Shown here: one piece after another, positions 48,809-56,774 of the stretch
Layout of the letters: every line of letters starts with the position of its first letter
How positions within the stretch are numbered: the stretch's first letter is position 1
Notes under the pieces: generated by a model
Told to the model about the DNA's origin: nothing
Seen by the model: only the letters and a program-made list of their open reading frames with translations
The model's database searches: none
Program-made: the position numbers and the translations under genes
From: an uncultured Christensenellaceae bacterium
Lineage (GTDB): Bacteria > Bacillota > Clostridia > Christensenellales > Borkfalkiaceae
Direction: 5' to 3'
Assembly (NCBI GenBank): GCA_910588685.1
Contig: CAJUPX010000005.1
Span: 28,544 to 92,543 of the forward strand
Length of the DNA stretch: 64,000 nucleotides

Positions 48809-49873
48809 TTAAAGAGGTTTATAACAAAGGCGACCACCGATGCTCGAGTACGAGTAAGACGAGTCACTGCTACCATACCAACACCACAGACCGCCATAGA
48901 GCCCGTCGACCCAAAAACCGCCGACAAACAGCACACAATAACCCTCATTCATAGTGCAATAATCACAGTAATGAGTAGAATCGCTTGCGCTTGTATCTGA
49001 GGCATAGCCGAGTACAGGAAATTTATCAAAATAAGAAATTTCCCTTATATAGCCGTCGAGGTCGTCTCCATCACTGTTACGAAACGGTCTATCGCCCATA
49101 TACATATAGGGAGCCGTAAACTTGTCGCTTTCGTATGCGGTAGGGTCAAGACAGACATAAATTTTCTCGTCGGAAAAATTTATACCGTCGCACCATTTCC
49201 AAATGTTGCCCCACGGATTCTCAATTCCTCTGTACTTGCAGGCGTGTTTGCCGTCCGTATTGCTCGTATCGGAGCCTGACGCTGTTTTTACGCCGTCCGT
49301 TCTACCCGTCTGTACTGCGGTCTCAAAACTTACGCCGTACTTACGCACTAAATCCTCTTTGGTGGTCTCAAAGAAAATAAAGCAGTATTCCATATCGTCG
49401 ATGTCGAAAATATGAGGCTGCCCCACAAAGTGTGTAGGAGCCCATATCGTTACTTTGACATCGCCTACCGTGTTATGCGTCTTTATGGAATTATCCCACT
49501 CAACGAGCCAGACAGAGCCCCCGTAGATGGGAGCATATCTTTCGTCGATGTCGTTCATTTTCTCGAACGGGAGGCGGTTGCGCTTATTCCTGAGCAGTTT
49601 TTCAACGCTCTTAGCGTTCCTCTCGTTCTTTTCGGAAAACACCTCAGGCGTTACCGCAGTTGTCGGCAGATAGCTTGAAAACTGACTCTCAATAAGCTCG
49701 TAAGTGATGTTTCTGCTCGTCTGCGCAGGCGTATCGGAGCCGTCAATTTCGAGGTCGCCTTTGTACTGTTTACTGTACTTGTTAAAGTCCTCAATCAAGC
49801 CCTCCATCTCGCTCTTAGCGTTTGCGAAAAGGTCTTTGAAAAAGTCTAATTTGTTTTCCTTATCAATTTGCAT
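48809..49873 (-). CDS. DGR-1 target protein: portal-like N-terminus fused to a variable C-type-lectin/FGE-like domain
   Basis: Residues 1 to about 190 look like an SPP1-gp6-type portal N-terminus, and the gene directly follows terL. The C-terminal part has GIENPWGNIWKWCDG and the VR. Confidence 0.75.
   Translation of the reverse strand: MQIDKENKLDFFKDLFANAKSEMEGLIEDFNKYSKQYKGDLEIDGSDTPAQTSRNITYELIESQFSSYLPTTAVTPEVFSEKNERNAKSVEKLLRNKRNRLPFEKMNDIDERYAPIYGGSVWLVEWDNSIKTHNTVGDVKVTIWAPTHFVGQPHIFDIDDMEYCFIFFETTKEDLVRKYGVSFETAVQTGRTDGVKTASGSDTSNTDGKHACKYRGIENPWGNIWKWCDGINFSDEKIYVCLDPTAYESDKFTAPYMYMGDRPFRNSDGDDLDGYIREISYFDKFPVLGYASDTSASDSTHYCDYCTMNEGYCVLFVGGFWVDGLYGGLWCWYGSSDSSYSYSSIGGRLCYKPL
48826..48934 (-). 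repeat. DGR-1 variable repeat (VR) at the 3' end of the target gene
   Basis: See the TR entry. Encodes VLFVGGFWVDGLYGGLWCWYGSSDSSYSYSSIGGRLC. Identical GC-rich segment GCGACCACCGATG at the 3' end (IMH-like). Confidence 0.9.
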
Positions 49874-51249
49874 TATAAGGGTAAACCTCCTTTGCGTTTA
49901 ATTATTAAATCCCTCTCCTCTTGTGAGGTCGCTCTCCTATAATCCTCTAACTCGTCAGGGCGATATTTCACTCTCCTACTCGTCGGAGGCGGCGCAGGTC
50001 TCGTCCAATAGATTGCAAAGTACCTGAGAGCGTCGGGGCTATGCGTTATATCGTGAGGCTCGGTAGCGCAGTCCGTGGGCTTTTTAGGGTCTCTCTGTAA
50101 CTCTGGCAGGTGTTTTATAAGCTGCTTGCAATTCGTGAATATATGCAGTCTCGGAGAGCCGTTTGCGTCCACTTTCAGCAGCTCCTTGATAGCAAGCCAG
50201 CCTGCCTCCCTGTCGTTATTCGATTCTGCCAACGACAGCCCTGCCTCTCCGAACAGAATCGCCTTGCTCTTGCCTGTCTCTTGGCTCCTGTTCCATAGGT
50301 CGGGCGGAGCAAGCGTCAGGTAAATCTTTTCGTCCTCGTTCGTAAAATCAAGTATCTTACGGGCGGCGGTTGATATAGGCAGGTCGCTCTGGCAGAGCTC
50401 TTTATACACATAGCAGTTATGTAAGTTATCAACAGCTATCCAATAGCAAGCCAGCATATCCAGACCGTAGTCAAACGCTCTGTACCGCCTCCAATCGGCA
50501 GGAATAATAAACGGCTCGCAGGTATGCACATTTCGGTCAAACTCTCCGAAATACTGCGCCTCGCTTACTTCCCAGCTCCCGTAACGCCAGCGTTTGCGCA
50601 TATCCTCAGGCAATGAGTCAAGCTGCTTTACATACTCAGGGTCTGCCTCCATAAGTATTTTGTTATCGTCCACGAGAGACTGGATAAACTCGTAGTCCTC
50701 TGGATTCTCGTCGGGCTCGTACTCACGGGAGACAAACAGACGCTTTACCCATAAAAAGCCTACGCCATCAGGGTTACAGGTCAGGTACATTCTCTTAGGA
50801 AAATTATTTGCGCCACGCAGACAGGCTTTCAGGACATTGAAAACGAGCTCTGTAAACTGCGTAGCCTCCTCTAAGAAAATCACATCGTACTCTTGCCCTT
50901 GATACTGCAAAGCGTCGTTATCGTTGGCGAAATAACTGCACTTGATACGGCTCCCGTTTTTGAATACAAACGCTTTGTCCTTTTCTTTGTACTCGGCTGC
51001 ACCTGAGGGAGATAGGTCGGCTTGCAACGGTAAAATGTGGTTGTCTCGCAGGTCGGTGTAGGTCTTACGGATAATCAGGATTTTAATACCAGCCCACTTG
51101 ATAGCCAGACGCTTTGCTTTCTCTCTTACGCCCCAACTCTTACCGCCGCCTCTGGCTCCGCCAAACGCTACATACTTTGAACGGGCGAGGAAAAACAACT
51201 TTTGTTTAGGCTGAGGCTTACCGAGCTTTACAAGCACCTCAGCCATCAA
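49873..51249 (-). CDS. terL: Phage terminase large subunit
   Basis: Walker A GGARGGGKSW, an ATPase/nuclease two-domain length (458 aa), and position after terS. Confidence 0.85.
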   Translation of the reverse strand: MMAEVLVKLGKPQPKQKLFFLARSKYVAFGGARGGGKSWGVREKAKRLAIKWAGIKILIIRKTYTDLRDNHILPLQADLSPSGAAEYKEKDKAFVFKNGSRIKCSYFANDNDALQYQGQEYDVIFLEEATQFTELVFNVLKACLRGANNFPKRMYLTCNPDGVGFLWVKRLFVSREYEPDENPEDYEFIQSLVDDNKILMEADPEYVKQLDSLPEDMRKRWRYGSWEVSEAQYFGEFDRNVHTCEPFIIPADWRRYRAFDYGLDMLACYWIAVDNLHNCYVYKELCQSDLPISTAARKILDFTNEDEKIYLTLAPPDLWNRSQETGKSKAILFGEAGLSLAESNNDREAGWLAIKELLKVDANGSPRLHIFTNCKQLIKHLPELQRDPKKPTDCATEPHDITHSPDALRYFAIYWTRPAPPPTSRRVKYRPDELEDYRRATSQEERDLIIKRKGGLPL

Positions 51250-52196
51250 TTACTCTCCTCGTCGATTTCGTCTGACAGGGTAAATTTATAGGTTACATCG
51301 CTCTTGACCTGTTCAGCCATACCGTGATTATTCGTAAGCAGGAATTTAGAGAAATTACCGTCGTATTGCTTATTCGTACCGAACACAAGCAGGATTTCCC
51401 TTTGCCGTTCTAATGCTCGTGCGTATGCGGTATCAAAATGGGGATACTCTTTGCGCCAATTTTCCAAAGTTCCTACCGAAACTCCGATAGACCACGCAAA
51501 GCCCTCAAATGTCGGCAACTTAGGCGGAATAACCTGTACAGGGCGTTTACCTTTGAGGCTACCATCAGGAAAATAAAACTCCTCATAGATAACCTGAGGC
51601 TCAATAGTCGTAAAAAACTTAATCAGCTCGTCGCAATACTCCTCCTTAAACTTGCAGGGTACATTGTGCCCTTTCTTAAACCTCGTTTCCTCACCGATTT
51701 TATTGCCTTTCTTAAACTGCCCAGAATTAGGCTTGTCGAGTATGCTCCAACAGTTCTTTTTCAAGCGTAATAGGCGTTCTGGCTCGTTTCTTGCTATGCC
51801 GAGCACCTGCTCACACTCTCCCACACTCTTAAAAAACTCTCTAAGCGGACGCATTTTTAATCTGTCGTTTGCTAAGCACATTCCGCCGATAAGCCAGCCC
51901 GTCTTTTTCCCTATGCGTTCTGGTATTTCGCTTTTAGTTATCCGATGGTGGAACAGCGACAAATAATCCTCTTTGTCTCTTACAACTTTAACGGGATAGC
52001 CCATTTTTTCGATGGTAGGTATTGCTGTTTCATACACCCACCTAATATGCTCTGGATTTTCGCCGCTTATATGTCGCTCGTGGCTGAACATTACCTCGCT
52101 GAAAACTACACCGTCAAGCGGTATTCCTTTTTCGTGGCACAGGACTATACTTGCCGAGCTATCCTTACCGCCGCTCCAAGAAAGGTATCGTTTCAT
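51246..52196 (-). CDS. PP-loop (PAPS-reductase-like) domain fused to a terminase small-subunit-like domain
   Basis: N-terminus SWSGGKDSSA is a PP-loop motif. The C-terminus TFEGFAWSIGVSVGTLENWRKEYPHFDTAYARALERQREIL resembles a TerS HTH. Confidence 0.6.
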   Translation of the reverse strand: MKRYLSWSGGKDSSASIVLCHEKGIPLDGVVFSEVMFSHERHISGENPEHIRWVYETAIPTIEKMGYPVKVVRDKEDYLSLFHHRITKSEIPERIGKKTGWLIGGMCLANDRLKMRPLREFFKSVGECEQVLGIARNEPERLLRLKKNCWSILDKPNSGQFKKGNKIGEETRFKKGHNVPCKFKEEYCDELIKFFTTIEPQVIYEEFYFPDGSLKGKRPVQVIPPKLPTFEGFAWSIGVSVGTLENWRKEYPHFDTAYARALERQREILLVFGTNKQYDGNFSKFLLTNNHGMAEQVKSDVTYKFTLSDEIDEESN

Positions 52197-52208
52197 ACTC
52201 TACCTCGC

Positions 52209-52571
52209 TCAGATAAGCAGTAGTCCTCTGGCTATCTCGAAAATAGCCTTGCGCTTGCGTTTGTAATACGAGTTATGCGACAGGCACCATTGACTCTGGC
52301 TCCTGTCATAGCCCCGATTCTCGGCAATATCGTTGAGAAAATGTTGCCTGACCGCCTCCTCGATGTCTGCCAGAGCTAAATTGATGGCGGCATTTACGGC
52401 TATGTATGCCCCCAGCGTTTCGCCTGATACGGAGCCCTCTTTTATGCAGAGCTCTTTTCGGGCGTAGTCTGCGCACTGCGCCCTAACAACCTTTACAACG
52501 CCACTCGGCAGCTCGTATTTATAAAATTGTCTCGGTCTCCCAACAGGTCGCCCACTTGCCACATAACCCAT
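52209..52571 (-). CDS. Putative phage late-gene transcriptional activator (RinA-like)
   Basis: 120 aa located just upstream of the packaging genes. The C-terminal SHNSYYKRKRKAIFEIARGL segment resembles the RinA C-terminal HTH. Confidence 0.4.
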   Translation of the reverse strand: MGYVASGRPVGRPRQFYKYELPSGVVKVVRAQCADYARKELCIKEGSVSGETLGAYIAVNAAINLALADIEEAVRQHFLNDIAENRGYDRSQSQWCLSHNSYYKRKRKAIFEIARGLLLI

Positions 52572-52583
52572 CTGTCCGCCTCC

Positions 52584-52775
52584 TCAGTCTTTATTTTCCC
52601 GTGCCTCCGCCAGTACCTGCGCCATATATTCCTTGTACTCCTGCTCGCTCATATAGAGCTCACAAACGCCGTTACAACGCTTAAACGGGTCGCTCTTGTC
52701 GCACAGGCAGAAATCCCCGACCTTGCTCTTACGGTAGAAAAATGCGCATTTCTCAGGTCTTATACGCTTAGCCAT
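52584..52775 (-). CDS. Small Cys-rich phage protein
   Basis: 63-aa ORF with multiple Cys residues. Confidence 0.35.
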   Translation of the reverse strand: MAKRIRPEKCAFFYRKSKVGDFCLCDKSDPFKRCNGVCELYMSEQEYKEYMAQVLAEARENKD

Positions 52776-52776
52776 C

Positions 52777-53094
52777 TTACACCCTCTCTACGAGCCCTGC
52801 GGCGCAGAGCGCAAAAATACCGTCCTCAACGAGAGTATTTTTCGGCTGCCACTTGATATTTGCGTGTATGCGTGTGTCTCCCTTAGGAAACATCGGCTGC
52901 GGCTCGCAGATGTTATCCACGACCACCTCACGCCTTACATCGTTGATTAAAATAACCTTGCCGCCACGCCTTACCGCAAAATAGTAGTTCGTCTGGCGGC
53001 GGTCAACCTTGAAACTCACAAAGCCGATTTTTGTCAGCTCCTCGATGTTTACTGAATCTTTGAGTTTTAACATAATAGCCTCCTTATAGCGCAA
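52777..53094 (-). CDS. Hypothetical phage protein
   Basis: 105-aa ORF, tightly packed with its neighbours. Confidence 0.4.
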   Translation of the reverse strand: MRYKEAIMLKLKDSVNIEELTKIGFVSFKVDRRQTNYYFAVRRGGKVILINDVRREVVVDNICEPQPMFPKGDTRIHANIKWQPKNTLVEDGIFALCAAGLVERV

Positions 53095-53392
53095 TCAGGT
53101 CGCAGTCTTTATCAATCACAAAGTTGCGCAAAATATCGCCGCTCCTTTTGACTGTTCCACGCCTCGAATATGCCTGATAAACAATTTCGATTAACTTACC
53201 GTCCTTTTCGATAAAAGGCAGTACGAAATCTATGTACACCACTTTGTTATCAAGCGCAGGGTAGCTGAAACTCTTTATATCCTTACGCTTAACCTCTATT
53301 GTGTCCATATTTTGGTAGTCGGTTATGCGAATAAGCCGCTCGCCGTCCTTGATGTTCTCGATGGCTTTTGCCATTTTCTGAATCTGTGTCAT
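53084..53392 (-). CDS. Hypothetical phage protein
   Basis: 102-aa ORF, tightly packed with its neighbours. Confidence 0.4.
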   Translation of the reverse strand: MTQIQKMAKAIENIKDGERLIRITDYQNMDTIEVKRKDIKSFSYPALDNKVVYIDFVLPFIEKDGKLIEIVYQAYSRRGTVKRSGDILRNFVIDKDCDLIAL

Positions 53393-53404
53393 AATAAAAT
53401 CTCC

Positions 53405-54111
53405 TTATAGTAAATCGAATATACTTACTTGCTGTACGGCTGTCAGGTCGTCTCTGCCCCACTGCTCAGCCATCGCCGCCGCAATCCCCTCAAAGGTCTT
53501 ACTGCGCATTTTGCTATCTCTGTATGTAGTGCCAGCTTGCTTGCGCCGCCGTCCGTATTTATCCCTGCAACCGCCATTAACCCAAGAAATAATATTTTCG
53601 TGGATTATCTTTGTCGGTCTGAGCGGCGGCAAGTCTTTAAGCCATAAACAGGTCTTTTTACTGTACGGGTGCCCGTACTCGTAAGGCTGTATAATTTGCG
53701 TGTACGGCGGCAAACCGTATATGCGTGATGGTACAGGATTCTCGACGGCAATACGCTTACAGTCGGCGTTAAGGCACCGCATAAAGAAATCTTTACCCTG
53801 CAAGCCTTTTGCGTATCTGTCCTGATTTAATACGCCGTTCGGAAACAGTCTCACGGCTCCTGCGTTCGACAGATATGTGCAGGGAGGGTGGGCTATAAGC
53901 AAATCCCACTCAGGGATATAATGCTCGGCTCCGTCCATCGTTACAAATGAATACCCCCCCCGTTGAGCAGGCTCAGGCAGTCGCCTTGTATATGCCACTC
54001 TGGGTGTCCACCGCTACACTCCTGAATATCGCAGGAATAAGCCTCGTGTCCTCGCTCCCTGAACGCCATACACACTCTCTGGCTCTCCTCGCAGGCTACG
54101 AGCACTCTCAT
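53405..54111 (-). pseudogene. Phage DNA cytosine-C5 methyltransferase split by a frameshift at a poly-C(8)/poly-G(8) tract
   Basis: The downstream ORF has motif IV (HPPCTYLS) and the ENV-type motif (AVENPV). The N-terminal 53 codons (MRVLVACEESQRVCMAFRERGHEAYSCDIQ..., ATG 54109-54111, RBS GGAGG) are in another frame. The frames join at C8 (53954-53961); 9 or 6 residues would fuse them. Confidence 0.7.
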
Positions 54112-54125
54112 AGTCGCCTGCCTCC

Positions 54126-54533
54126 TTAAAACGGTATATCGCCGTCGTCGTCAAACGGTTGCAGGGCAGGCTTGCCGCCGCTCCTGTAACCTGTATCGTC
54201 GTTTCCGCTGTCGGACTGTCTGGGCGTTAAAAACTCCACATCTTGCGCCACAATGTCAACAGCTGTGCGTTTAATGCCGTCTCTGTCCTCGTAGTTCCTG
54301 AGCTCTATTGAGCCGCTTACGGCTACCTTATTGCCTTTGTGAGCGTATCTCGCAACCGACTCTCCGAGCCCACGCCACGCTACGCAATTAAAAAAATCCG
54401 TTTTGCGCTCGCCATCGGAGCCTGCATAGTTCCTTGTAACCGCTATTGAAAAGCGGCAGATTTGCACACCGCTTGCGGTCTCCGTCAGTTCAGGGTCTCT
54501 CGTGAGATTGCCTATTAAAAATACCTTATTCAC
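54126..54533 (-). CDS. ssb: Single-stranded DNA-binding protein
   Basis: OB-fold start MNKVFLIGNLTRDPEL and acidic tail DDDGDIPF. Confidence 0.92.
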   Translation of the reverse strand: MNKVFLIGNLTRDPELTETASGVQICRFSIAVTRNYAGSDGERKTDFFNCVAWRGLGESVARYAHKGNKVAVSGSIELRNYEDRDGIKRTAVDIVAQDVEFLTPRQSDSGNDDTGYRSGGKPALQPFDDDGDIPF

Positions 54534-54949
54534 TCCGCCGCCTCCACGCTGTATTTTTTATAAAGTTCTACGAGCCAAGCTCCGCCGTAATGTTTGCTTA
54601 CCTCGTCTAAAATAGCTTTTGCGGTTTCTTTTTGCGCTCTGTCGTGAATCTCAATCCTATCGAAAATAGTAAGCCTATTTTTTGTGCCCTGCGCTATTTC
54701 TAACTCGTTTTCAAGCTGTCTTATTCTTTCCGCAGTTTGAGCGTCAAACGCCGCCTGATAACTTATAACCTCGCCCTTACGGTAATTAGCCTTTTGGAGC
54801 TCGGTTACTATCTTACAAACGACGCAGGGCATACTGAGCTTACCGCCGCAAAACTCACAATATTTGCTATTCGGGCATTTTGCACCGTATCGTAACACCT
54901 TATCTACGACGCTTACCAGCTCCTCAAATTCTTTCTGTTCGTCAGCCAT
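54530..54949 (-). CDS. Hypothetical phage protein with a zinc-ribbon motif
   Basis: CEFCGG...CVVC motif. Start at MADEQ with RBS AAGGGGG. Confidence 0.45.
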   Translation of the reverse strand: MADEQKEFEELVSVVDKVLRYGAKCPNSKYCEFCGGKLSMPCVVCKIVTELQKANYRKGEVISYQAAFDAQTAERIRQLENELEIAQGTKNRLTIFDRIEIHDRAQKETAKAILDEVSKHYGGAWLVELYKKYSVEAAE

Positions 54950-54959
54950 TGTCGCCCCC

Positions 54960-55391
54960 TTACGCCAGCAAGTCGATGTTTTCATAGGTATTCCCTACGA
55001 TTACGCCGTACTCAAACGCTGCGCCGTGTGCAATCGTTTCGTCTGACAGAATTACGACAAACTCTGCGCTTTCTTTCCTATATGCAACGGCTCCTAAAAG
55101 CTCTCCGAGCTTGATTATGTCGCCGCTGTATATTTCTCTGCCCTTAGCGTCTTTGCGTCCTATGTGCACGCCCACGCTCTTAGAGTCAACCGTAGCCAGC
55201 TTTATAGGCTTAGCCATATTCCAATCCGCAAAGCCGTCAAACACGATGTAGTGCTCGTATTTGGGCTCCTTATCGGCGGCGGTCTCGTCGCTGAATTGCA
55301 CAGGGCAAATCTCTTTAATCTGGTGCTTAAAATATCCGCCGTAATACCAACGCTTTGTATCACGGTCATAGCCTCTGCTTTTAATTTCCAT
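54960..55391 (-). CDS. YopX-family phage protein
   Basis: RWYYGGYF and a C-terminal VIVGNTYENIDLL typical of YopX. The ATG at 55389-55391 is preferred over the upstream TTG. Confidence 0.65.
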   Translation of the reverse strand: MEIKSRGYDRDTKRWYYGGYFKHQIKEICPVQFSDETAADKEPKYEHYIVFDGFADWNMAKPIKLATVDSKSVGVHIGRKDAKGREIYSGDIIKLGELLGAVAYRKESAEFVVILSDETIAHGAAFEYGVIVGNTYENIDLLA

Positions 55392-55932
55392 CGCCCTGTT
55401 TATCCTTTTCAATTTTGTTTAAGCGTTTAATCTCTGCCAAAGCGTCTGCATAGTTATCGGTCAACCGCACTTGCAGTTCCTCGTCAGAGCTGTAATAAGA
55501 CCTCTTAAATTCCATCGTTTTAATATCCGACCCTTTAACCGTGATTTTGTTGTCGGAACAAAAACGAGAATCCGAATTTGTACACTCAAAATCAAATTGA
55601 ACGCAGTCAGCCCCTCTTTCTCCCGTAACTCTTACCATCGCAAGCCGATATTTGCGAATATACCATTGCTTTATCTTGCCGACAACTTGCCTGTTTTGCC
55701 ACTTTCCACGACAGTTAGGGCACTCATATTCCTTGCCATCAAGCCCCGTTAATGTGCCTTTTCTGCCACAGGCAGGACAATCTGCCCGTAATTGCTTTTC
55801 GGTGTATGATATTGAATAATACTCTCCATCAAATGTGGGTACAAACTTAGGCTGTTGCACATCGTCCGTTTTGATAAGTACGCTGGCGATAGCCTGACTT
55901 GCCCCCGAATTTATGATTTTTTCTATTTTCAT
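55381..55932 (-). CDS. Hypothetical phage protein with a zinc-ribbon motif
   Basis: CPACGRKG...CPNCRGKW motif. Confidence 0.45.
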   Translation of the reverse strand: MKIEKIINSGASQAIASVLIKTDDVQQPKFVPTFDGEYYSISYTEKQLRADCPACGRKGTLTGLDGKEYECPNCRGKWQNRQVVGKIKQWYIRKYRLAMVRVTGERGADCVQFDFECTNSDSRFCSDNKITVKGSDIKTMEFKRSYYSSDEELQVRLTDNYADALAEIKRLNKIEKDKQGDGN

Positions 55933-56205
55933 TTATTTGTCCTCCTGATATTTTTTGCAGGCTTGATTTTTGAGCCTGATGTCCGTTGCCTCGCTGTGCG
56001 TCATATACCACAGCTCACACTTATATACAGATTTATTGCCGCACAGAAAGTGCTTGCAATGCTTGCAGGTCTTACAGGTCTTACCGTCTATCACACCGTA
56101 CATCTCCTGCATAGTGCTGTATTTTCTGCGCCCTACCCGTTTAGGCTTTATCTGTTCCTCAGTAACGATGTTGCCGAAAATGTCTAACTGACCTACGCCC
56201 ATCAC
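55933..56205 (-). CDS. Small Cys-rich phage protein
   Basis: CKTCKHCKHFLC cluster. Confidence 0.4.
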   Translation of the reverse strand: MMGVGQLDIFGNIVTEEQIKPKRVGRRKYSTMQEMYGVIDGKTCKTCKHCKHFLCGNKSVYKCELWYMTHSEATDIRLKNQACKKYQEDK

Positions 56206-56408
56206 GGCTCCTCCTTGCCTTTACAGCTTTTTACCTCCAAGCACTTGCAACCGCACTTTTCGCAGTAGTGGTAGGCGTGAGACATACCGATGGCGTGATA
56301 GTTCAGCGGTTGGTAACTATGCGACCAGCATATACGCTTGCAGTGCTTACAGCCTTGACAGTCCTTTACTTTCACTCTGGCACCTCGCAACTCTGGCAAG
56401 CGACGCAA
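56202..56408 (-). CDS. Small Cys-rich phage protein
   Basis: CQGCKHCKRIC...CEKCGCKC cluster. Confidence 0.4.
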   Translation of the reverse strand: MRRLPELRGARVKVKDCQGCKHCKRICWSHSYQPLNYHAIGMSHAYHYCEKCGCKCLEVKSCKGKEEP

Positions 56409-56572
56409 CGCTCAAATTTGCCGTCTTTTTTGTTTAACGCAACATTACCGAACAACTTGCAGTAATGTCTTTCGTCGTAGCTCTGATAAGATGTTTCGTG
56501 ATACGAATACCCCTTATAAGGGCATTTCTCACAATCATTATCTGGCACATTTATTACTACTTTGATTTTCAT
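56372..56572 (-). CDS. Small Cys-rich phage protein
   Basis: CEKC...CVACQSC cluster. Confidence 0.4.
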   Translation of the reverse strand: MKIKVVINVPDNDCEKCPYKGYSYHETSYQSYDERHYCKLFGNVALNKKDGKFERCVACQSCEVPE

Positions 56573-56763
56573 AGCATTTTCTCCGCTCTATCTTTCGCCG
56601 CCCACAGGCAGAGCCTTATTTTACGGGCTATCTTGCAGGTGCCTTTGTATTTAACGCCGCAAAAGCTCTCACAAGAGCAAATACAGCACGGGTTGGAGCA
56701 AACATATTCAACAGCCTGTTTTGCCGTTTTATCGGCGTTTATTTTCCGCATTTGCTTATTCAT
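56569..56763 (-). CDS. Small Cys-rich phage protein
   Basis: CSNPCCICSCESFC cluster. Start at MNKQM with RBS GGAGG. Confidence 0.4.
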   Translation of the reverse strand: MNKQMRKINADKTAKQAVEYVCSNPCCICSCESFCGVKYKGTCKIARKIRLCLWAAKDRAEKML

Positions 56764-56774
56764 ATCCGCCTCCG

